Source of the DNA: a virus
Direction: 5' to 3' (one strand)
IMG/VR virus record: IMGVR_UViG_3300045988_041561
Location: 1 to 36,814 of that record
DNA length: 36,814 nt
Part shown: piece after piece, positions 16,904-22,879 of the stretch
Numbering within the stretch: position 1 is the stretch's first letter
Layout of the letters: every line of letters starts with the position of its first letter
The notes under the pieces: generated by a model
The model's input: the letters and a program-made list of their open reading frames with translations, nothing else
What the model was told of the DNA's origin: nothing
The model's database searches: none
Program-made: the position numbers and the translations under genes

Positions 16904-17914
16904 TTAAGCCATCCACCGTTCAACGTACGCGAGTTCCTCGGTAGTTAGCGTGCGGTTGAACAGCACAAAGCTTTTGTACGCGCCGTGGAACGGCTTGATA
17001 TTAACCCCGGTATTGGCGTTATATATTCCGCCAACGGTTAACATGTCTTTATCGGGCGTGGTACCCGCCGTTATGGGCGTACCGTTGTAACTCGTTTTGC
17101 TCATGTAAACGAACTGCTTACTTTTGTCGATAGCCACGGTGTTATACGCTTCGAACGAACTTACGCGCTCCAGTGCACCATCAAACCTTTCGAAGATAAA
17201 CGCCCGTTGATTACCGTCACCTTTCACCGCAAAAGCCCCCGCACCGCTCGACCACTCACGCGTACTGCATACCGTGTAATCGGTCAATATCGGTTGTCCG
17301 TATGATACGCCAAACTGTGTGCCCGTGTGCTGTAACATGTTGTCTACGATGTTATCCGACCCCGTAAACCCGTACAAATGCAAGTGATGTCCATTGCCGG
17401 ACAAGTCCGTTAGCTTTGACGCTGGGAGCTGCTCGATAGTAATATCGCACGCGCCTACTACCGACACGCAGAAACCCGAGTAACGCTCTACGGTATCCAT
17501 AGTGTACACGCCATCCTGTGTAATACGGAACGCTGTGGCAATCCCACGGGTAACGCGCACATTACGCGTACCGTCAAGTCCGCTAACCTTGAACGTCATA
17601 GTGCCCGTGCGGGCGTTCGGCAGTTCGGCGATTTGCCGGTCTGCTATTAACGTCTCCGTTATGTGTACCGATTTGTTGGTGTGAGTTTGAACGCCTCTTG
17701 TAGGGTTAAAGCTCCACGTTGTGAAGTCCTCCGCGTAACTCTCTATAACGTCGAAGTTCGTAGCTTTCTGTATCTCGGTGTTATACCATGCAACCAGCGC
17801 AGTACGCAACGCGGGTGGCATCGGCGGTCTATCACCGTCAATGCCCCACCGGGCAGTAAGCCCCTTTAGCATAAAGGAGCGTACGCCGATGTGCTTTAAT
17901 TCTATCCCTCTCAT
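16904..17914 (-). CDS. LamG/concanavalin-like (Laminin_G_3) domain protein with a novel N-terminal half
   Basis: LTDLSGNGHHLHLYGF ... FHGAYKSFVLFNRTLTTEELAYV matches the D.SGNGNH...g ... F.G.i....i.nraLt..Ei signature of Laminin_G_3 domains. Confidence 0.6.
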   Translation of the reverse strand: MRGIELKHIGVRSFMLKGLTARWGIDGDRPPMPPALRTALVAWYNTEIQKATNFDVIESYAEDFTTWSFNPTRGVQTHTNKSVHITETLIADRQIAELPNARTGTMTFKVSGLDGTRNVRVTRGIATAFRITQDGVYTMDTVERYSGFCVSVVGACDITIEQLPASKLTDLSGNGHHLHLYGFTGSDNIVDNMLQHTGTQFGVSYGQPILTDYTVCSTREWSSGAGAFAVKGDGNQRAFIFERFDGALERVSSFEAYNTVAIDKSKQFVYMSKTSYNGTPITAGTTPDKDMLTVGGIYNANTGVNIKPFHGAYKSFVLFNRTLTTEELAYVERWMA

Positions 17915-18169
17915 TTACTGCAACGTTTCAAAGGACACCTCTACACAGTTTTCATACGATACGCGTAACTGCTGTCCTACCACGCAGCCCGCAACGTTGA
18001 ATTCCGCTACATTGCTATATACGAACATGTCCTCGATACTTCTATCTACAACCCATGTAGTGCCGTTGATAGAGCGTTCCAGTACAATAGTGCCAACCGT
18101 TGACACCTCAATTTGAAAGGCTACGTTTGCAGCCTGCGCGGTTACTACCGCTGAATAAGTCTTTGCCAT
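17915..18169 (-). CDS. Small beta-rich hypothetical protein (84 aa)
   Basis: The ORF abuts the LamG gene with a 0-nt gap. V/T/S-rich alternating pattern. Confidence 0.6.
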   Translation of the reverse strand: MAKTYSAVVTAQAANVAFQIEVSTVGTIVLERSINGTTWVVDRSIEDMFVYSNVAEFNVAGCVVGQQLRVSYENCVEVSFETLQ

Positions 18170-18196
18170 ATTAGTAAAGTTGTTAAAGGCGGTACA

Positions 18197-18817
18197 TTAT
18201 ATACCGCCAAGTTTTTTAATGTTGTCCACGGCTTCGGCAGACAGCACGTTAACCTGCATTGCCTTTGTGCCTGCTTCCTTACCGTTACTTGTAACGTCCT
18301 TAAGGTCTCGTAGTCCTCGTAGCTTCGCCATGTAATTAGCGTCTACCAAACCAGCGAGCGCGCCCTCGTCCATATCGGTTTCAATCAGTTCCTTTATTAA
18401 GGAGTACCCGTAATACAGTTCGATAGCCTCATCACTTTCAGCAATGGACTTTTCAAGTTTTTCACGGTTCTTGTTGAACTCCTTAATGCTCCACCCGATG
18501 AAAAGGCAGAACGCCCCGACACTCGGTGAACGTTTCATTGGGACTGCGATTAACTCGCCTGCCGATTGCCCACCCTTAATCATTTCGTATCTCGTTAAGG
18601 GGTTCGCTCTGCACCAGTGCAGATACTCGCTAACGTAATCTAAGCACTCTTGTGCGGTTCTTAACTGAACGCCTTTTATGCCCCGGACGTTTAGAACCTC
18701 ATACAGTTCTTTGCACCTGCCCACGTTTTCGGGGATGGGCGGCGGCGTTCCTTTCGCCATGCCCTTTGTAATCTTCTCGGTTGTATCGGTCGACGCCGTC
18801 TTTTTCTTTCCTGCCAT
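18197..18817 (-). CDS. terS: Terminase small subunit candidate (gp3-packaging-like)
   Basis: First gene of the late block. YLHWCRANPL...IAVPMKRSPSVGAFCLFIGWS...EGALAGLVDANYMAKLRGL fits the pattern Y...C.....p.t..Gla..lG.s......e..l......a.f.Lk of small terminase/gp3-like proteins. Confidence 0.55.
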   Translation of the reverse strand: MAGKKKTASTDTTEKITKGMAKGTPPPIPENVGRCKELYEVLNVRGIKGVQLRTAQECLDYVSEYLHWCRANPLTRYEMIKGGQSAGELIAVPMKRSPSVGAFCLFIGWSIKEFNKNREKLEKSIAESDEAIELYYGYSLIKELIETDMDEGALAGLVDANYMAKLRGLRDLKDVTSNGKEAGTKAMQVNVLSAEAVDNIKKLGGI

Positions 18818-18879
18818 AGTTTATAAGTAATGTACGTGTGTGGGTGCGCGGTCTTATCCGCTCCCAAACGTGTGTGGTG

Positions 18880-18887
18880 CAAAGGTA
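18880..18887 (-). promoter_or_regulatory. -7 box (TACCTTTG) of the main late promoter ahead of terS
   Basis: The minus strand reads GGTGTGTACCTTTGCACCACACAC. The box is flanked by the inverted GTGTG/CACAC and lies 63 nt upstream of the terS ATG. Confidence 0.5.
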
Positions 18888-19471
18888 CACACCCATTCGG
18901 ACAAATCGAAGTTTAACAGAGTTTCGCCCATTGCCACACAAGTTTCTTACAAAATTTCTTTACACGCATTTTTCGTCATTTTCAAATCTCCCTAAAATCA
19001 GTGAAACACTTTTTAACGATTGATTAACAAATTTTTCATGACAAATACAAATCTCAAAGATTTCGTGTAAACATTTAGAAAAAGTGCAAAAAAAGGGCAA
19101 AAATATATTCCACAACAAATCAATACTTTAGGGGTATTTATTGTACATAGCAACTATATTTCCTATAACTTTATTTTCTAAATCTTTGTTGTAATCAATT
19201 TTACATATATTAACTATTATTTCTCTAAAAATAATATAAGAAATTCATTCCTATGTTTTATATATAATTGAAGTTGATAAGTAATATAGAAACCCCTAAA
19301 GAGCTGTATTTCAGTGGAAAGAACTCTCCCAGGTACGTAAAAAACCCTTACCGAAAACACGGCTGTTTTTGGCATGTTTTAGATGGGTATATTCCACAGT
19401 CCCACAGCGTTTTAGGGGGTATTTACGCCACTTATCAACATGCCCGTGGAGGCTTGTAGAGGGGGGGTACA

Positions 19472-19511
19472 TAAAAAAAGCGTACAAAGTCTTTCCGACT
19501 TCATACGCTTT
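19472..19511 (-). terminator. Strong intrinsic terminator closing the early operon
   Basis: The minus-strand RNA reads AAAGCGUAUGAAGUCGGAAAGACUUUGUACGCUUUUUUUAU. There is an 8-bp outer stem and a 5-bp inner stem, followed by U7. Confidence 0.8.
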
Positions 19512-19613
19512 GACACTTTGTCACCATATAGCCCCTATAGCTATCATAAATAATGCGCTAAGTATTTCGTAAACACCACTATCATTTTGATAGCTCACGG
19601 TTTTACGCAACTA

Positions 19614-20024
19614 TCATTTTGTCAATTGCCACGCACATTCCAACGTGCCCCAATGCCACATCTGTTTAGTGCCATCGGCGAAGATAGTCGCCCTTATCAC
19701 CTGCCCTTTGTCGTTCACACCGTACTCACGTCTCACGTCTTGTTCGCTTTCCTTTTCACGTTGGAAACGTTCGCGACTTATGTAGGTGTACTGCCCTTTG
19801 TTGATTTCCTGCTTATAACTGTATTCCTGGAACTTTAGGTACTGTGCCAACTTGTCTATCCAAAGGTTTGCTTTCTGCCACTGGACGACCCCGCGTCCTT
19901 TCCTGTCTTTCGTTATACCCTTGTCGTATCCATACCTACGTACGAACTCCCATATAATGAAGTCGTGAATGTTGAGGGCTGCCCCAATCACTTTAAAACT
20001 AATCGTCCGTTCTTCTGCTTTCAT
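19614..20024 (-). CDS. Hypothetical protein (136 aa), last early gene
   Basis: Starts MKAEERTISF with an ATGA overlap on the upstream stop. It shares the 15-nt 5' end ttcttctgctttcat with the paralogue array. Trp-rich. No motif recognised. Confidence 0.7.
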   Translation of the reverse strand: MKAEERTISFKVIGAALNIHDFIIWEFVRRYGYDKGITKDRKGRGVVQWQKANLWIDKLAQYLKFQEYSYKQEINKGQYTYISRERFQREKESEQDVRREYGVNDKGQVIRATIFADGTKQMWHWGTLECAWQLTK

Positions 20025-20248
20025 ACTACACAACTTAAAAGATAATCAACCCCGGCAAGTATGTATGCCCCAAGAACAAATCCGACGGCGGCAATAACCC
20101 CGCCTATAAAACTGGTAAGTACAAAGCGTTTCTTGTTCTTAACGCTGCACGTGTCCGCGATAACGGAACTAAGGAGTAAAACCGCAGCGCCAGCAAACAC
20201 CAACGCCCCCAATATAACTAATACTGTAATAATCCACATAACTACCAT
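20021..20248 (-). CDS. Small two-TM membrane protein (75 aa)
   Basis: WIITVLVILGALVFAGAAVLLLSSVI and FIGGVIAAVGFVLGAYILAGV are separated by the basic loop KNKKR. Confidence 0.65.
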   Translation of the reverse strand: MVVMWIITVLVILGALVFAGAAVLLLSSVIADTCSVKNKKRFVLTSFIGGVIAAVGFVLGAYILAGVDYLLSCVV

Positions 20249-20253
20249 TCCTT

Positions 20254-20802
20254 TTAAATATTTTCAATTCCCGTTAATTTCGTAATCCGTAGGTTATCCA
20301 CCTTTACCAGGTAGTCTCCATACAATTTGCTCGGCGGCTGTACGCCTTTCATTGCCCCGGCGTTGTAATCCCCAACGGCTACGGGCGTTAATGCCTTAGA
20401 AGCCCTTGTGTACATTGTACGGATAACCGCCATACTTCCAAAGTAACCTACGATGATACCTTTCTGCTTGACACCGTACGGGGCGAAGTATGCGACCCTC
20501 GCCATGTAGTTTCTAAACCAGCTACGCATGCGCTCGGCCTCCTTGTCGACTTCCCATATATTAACGCCGGACGGCTCGGTGAGTAGGAGCGAGTGACCCG
20601 CGGGGACTTCACATAATAGCGTGGGGTTCGTCGGGGTTCGCTCGGCGTGATAGGACACCTTAACCAGCGGGGCGGTGTACGCGATAACCAGGCAGTCACC
20701 CTCGTACCCTACGACCCTACCGAATAACTTAACCTGCCCGTTGAGGGTCTTCCGAATACGCACGCCAGCTAATTGGCGTGCTTTGCTTATTACTTCTTTC
20801 AT
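20254..20802 (-). CDS. Two-domain member of the VVGY small-protein family
   Basis: QLAGVRIRKTLNGQVKLFGRVVGYEGDCLVIAY and a second copy KQKGIIVGYFGSMAVIRT both align with LVGLQVKAIIGGKEVITRVVGYNGLTWAIIAY of 21455..21814. Confidence 0.7.
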   Translation of the reverse strand: MKEVISKARQLAGVRIRKTLNGQVKLFGRVVGYEGDCLVIAYTAPLVKVSYHAERTPTNPTLLCEVPAGHSLLLTEPSGVNIWEVDKEAERMRSWFRNYMARVAYFAPYGVKQKGIIVGYFGSMAVIRTMYTRASKALTPVAVGDYNAGAMKGVQPPSKLYGDYLVKVDNLRITKLTGIENI

Positions 20803-20815
20803 GGCTTTACCTTTG

Positions 20816-20884
20816 TTATTCCCTGTCGAACATCGCCCAGCCTGTAACCCACTTTCCTACAAATTCTTCTGCTTTCATAATCAT
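20816..20884 (-). pseudogene. 22-codon stub of a VVGY-family gene (5' leader plus first codons only)
   Basis: MIMKAEEFVGKWVTGWAMFDRE*. Its 5' end matches the 27-nt block of the full copies with one mismatch. Confidence 0.6.
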
Positions 20885-20898
20885 GCTGTTTTTAATTA

Positions 20899-21132
20899 TT
20901 ATAATACTTCTGTAATATCGTCCATGTTGACGTACTTATAGGTTTCGCACTCCTCGGCTACGGCGTCGCCTGGCATTAATCCTTTCCAGCCTCGTTGCCC
21001 GGCGTCTACTATTACCAAATTTGTATTCGGGACATATCCTATTACATTGAACGCTGTACCCGCAGGTGCGTTTATCTCATCCGTTAATACCTCCGATACA
21101 ATCCATTTTCCTACTAATTCTTCTGCTTTCAT
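20899..21132 (-). CDS. VVGY-family small protein (77 aa)
   Basis: MKAEELVGKWIVSEVLTDEINAPAGTAFNVIGYVPNTNLVIVDAGQRGWKGL...CETYKYVNMDDITEVL. ATG at 21132 preferred over the GTG at 21138. Confidence 0.75.
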   Translation of the reverse strand: MKAEELVGKWIVSEVLTDEINAPAGTAFNVIGYVPNTNLVIVDAGQRGWKGLMPGDAVAEECETYKYVNMDDITEVL

Positions 21133-21138
21133 AATCAC

Positions 21139-21210
21139 ATTGTTTTAATTGTTATACTATATAAACACGGGAGCTTTGGAAAGGTTCACCGCGATTGCCT
21201 TATTAACTTG
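21139..21210 (-). repeat. Gene-boundary cassette, variant with a degenerate -7 box (copy 1 of 3)
   Basis: The minus strand reads AAGTTAATAAGGCAATCGCGGTGAACCTTTCC...GTGTTTATATAGTATAACAATTAAAACAA. By eye it is close to 26891..26975 (shared aaggttcaccg and ccttattaactt) and related to 25897..25958. Confidence 0.65.
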
Positions 21211-21443
21211 TTATAACACTTTGGTTATTTCACATAGTCGGAGATACCAATAGGTTTTGCACTTCTCGGTTACACGGTCGTACATATCCAAACCTTGCCA
21301 GCCCCATAAATCGGCGTCTATTATTACCCAATTCAAATCGCATTCATATCCTACCACCTTGAACGTTGCGCCAGGGGGAAAGTTCTACGGCTCTCTAAAT
21401 AGTTCGATGTTACTAACTTTCCTACTAAATCTTTTGCTTCCAT
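21211..21443 (-). pseudogene. VVGY-family gene interrupted by a frameshift at a C5 run
   Basis: Frame 0 reads MEAKDLVGKLVTSNYLESRRTFPLAQRSRW*. The -1 frame continues from the C5 run (G5 at 21374-21378 on the plus strand) as PPGATFKVVGYECDLNWVIIDADLWGWQGLDMYDRVTEKCKTYWYLRLCEITKVL*. One extra C would fuse the two. Confidence 0.7.
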
Positions 21444-21454
21444 ACTTTTTTGTT

Positions 21455-21814
21455 TTATAAGATTTCTATAAACGGGGGTTCGCTTTCTACCGCTTCGGCG
21501 GGTGGCGTATCGGGGTCGGGCAACTTTGGGTATAGGAACTTCGATAACGGTGTTTCGGGTGGCACGTCTGCAAGGTAGTTGCCCGCAGACAATCGCGCTG
21601 CGTCCGTTACTACCAGGTTATCCACTTCCCTGTACATGTACCCGGTACAGTCGAATACTACCGTGTCTTCTGGCGGCAGACTGCCTCTTGCCATTCCGCC
21701 ATCATAGGCGATAATCGCCCAGGTTAAACCATTGTACCCAACTACGCGGGTGATAACCTCTTTCCCGCCTATTATCGCTTTAACTTGCAGTCCTACTAAT
21801 TCTTCTGCTTTCAT
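21455..21814 (-). CDS. VVGY-family protein with a Pro-rich C-terminal extension (119 aa)
   Basis: MKAEELVGLQVKAIIGGKEVITRVVGYNGLTWAIIAYDGG...CTGYMYREV. Its 27-nt 5' end (21791..21817) is identical to 21109..21135. Confidence 0.75.
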   Translation of the reverse strand: MKAEELVGLQVKAIIGGKEVITRVVGYNGLTWAIIAYDGGMARGSLPPEDTVVFDCTGYMYREVDNLVVTDAARLSAGNYLADVPPETPLSKFLYPKLPDPDTPPAEAVESEPPFIEIL

Positions 21815-22075
21815 AATACATTAATTATTCTGTTTGTACTCATATACCAATACGTATCGCACCAAATGATTATTACATCCCATCCGCCTAACATTGTCCA
21901 CCCGTCTGCGCCGCCATCTACGATTAACATTGCTTCGTGGGGGTTATATCCCACAACCCTAAGGGGGCTTTATTACGTTGCCCTCTGTTATGGTTGTTAC
22001 TTCTACTTCGATAGTCGAGCCTACATACTTTTGCAGCCTCCCTACATTTTCCATGATGTCTTGTTCCCTAATCAT
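21811..22075 (-). pseudogene. VVGY-family gene interrupted by a frameshift at a C5 run
   Basis: Frame 0 reads MIREQDIMENVGRLQKYVGSTIEVEVTTITEGNVIKPP*. The +1 frame continues as LRVVGYNPHEAMLIVDGGADGWTMLGGWDVIIIWCDTYWYMSTNRIINVL*. The break is at G5, 21963-21967 on the plus strand. One fewer C would fuse the two. Confidence 0.7.
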
Positions 22076-22147
22076 AATCCTTTTGTTTTAATTGGTAATA
22101 CAAAGATAACGCTTTAAACGTTACGTTGGTTCATTCGTTAACTTCTT
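22076..22147 (-). promoter_or_regulatory. Gene-boundary promoter cassette with an intact -7 box
   Basis: The minus strand reads AAGAAGTTAACGAATGAACCAACGTAACGTTTAAAGCGTTATCTTTGTATTACCAATTAAAACAAAAGGATT-ATG (TATCTTTG = 22108..22101). It shares a 20-nt identical run, acgttggttcattcgttaac, with 34086..34105. Confidence 0.6.
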
Positions 22148-22879
22148 TTATACATTTTCCGCGTCAAACACTTTTATACACTCAAACAGGTATTGTGCCA
22201 TTAAAGGCTGTACGGCGTTACCTAAACATTTGTTTCTGTCCACGAGATTGGGAAAGTCATTAACGCTTCTGAAAGTTCGGGGTTCGGGTAAATCCCGTCG
22301 CTCTCTCCATCCCGGATATACTCGTGATAGTTCCCCCGGTAGGTAGGGTTTCCGAAATATCGGTTTCGGGGGCTTCCTTTCGCTGAACTTACTGCCGGGG
22401 TAGGCAATGATATATATCCTTTCCCGACGTTGTTGCAATCCAAGGAAGCCACCTTGTAAACACTGCCATTGTGCATCATACCCGATTTCGGAAAGTCCAT
22501 GTAAGACGTATTCAAATCCCCGTTTTCTAAGTAGAGGGCTATTTTCGATAATGACGTAATCGGGTTTGACGTTTGTAATAACCCGTAGCATTTCCCCCCA
22601 TAGTCCCGACCTGCTGCCCTTAATGCCTGTGCCTTTTCCAGCAACGCTAATATCCTGGCAAGGGAAGCCACCGCTGATGATGTTAACAAACGGCGGGTTT
22701 TCAAGCGTTCTAATATCTCCATATACTGTGTGTCCATCTCCAAAATTTTTTTTAATTACTTCCGTTTGATACTTTTCAAATTCACAACTCCATTCGGTTT
22801 TTATTCCTGCGAGGGCTGCGCCCAAACCGAAGCCCTCAATTCCGCTAAACAGAGAACCGTGCGTTAATTCCCTAATCAT
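22148..22879 (-). CDS. DNA (cytosine-5) methyltransferase, compact form
   Basis: Motif I is LFSGIEGFGLG. Motif IV is GGFPCQDISVAGK. Motif VI is IIENSP. Motif VIII is QQRRERIYIIAY. The C-terminal EPRTFRSVNDFPNLVDRNKCLGNAVQP carries motif X. At 243 aa the target-recognition region must be short. Confidence 0.9.
   Translation of the reverse strand: MIRELTHGSLFSGIEGFGLGAALAGIKTEWSCEFEKYQTEVIKKNFGDGHTVYGDIRTLENPPFVNIISGGFPCQDISVAGKGTGIKGSRSGLWGEMLRVITNVKPDYVIIENSPLLRKRGFEYVLHGLSEIGYDAQWQCLQGGFLGLQQRRERIYIIAYPGSKFSERKPPKPIFRKPYLPGELSRVYPGWRERRDLPEPRTFRSVNDFPNLVDRNKCLGNAVQPLMAQYLFECIKVFDAENV

Noticed and set aside
22148-22879. The idea that the 243-aa methyltransferase is truncated or is a mosaic needing two frame switches (main frame to nested frame and back).
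   Set aside because: The main frame alone contains motifs I, IV, VI, VIII and X with family-typical spacing. The hybrid would place PTP directly after motif VIII and leave only about 5 residues between WTE and LGNAV, both atypical. It is retained as a low-interest finding because the nested frame is unusually long.
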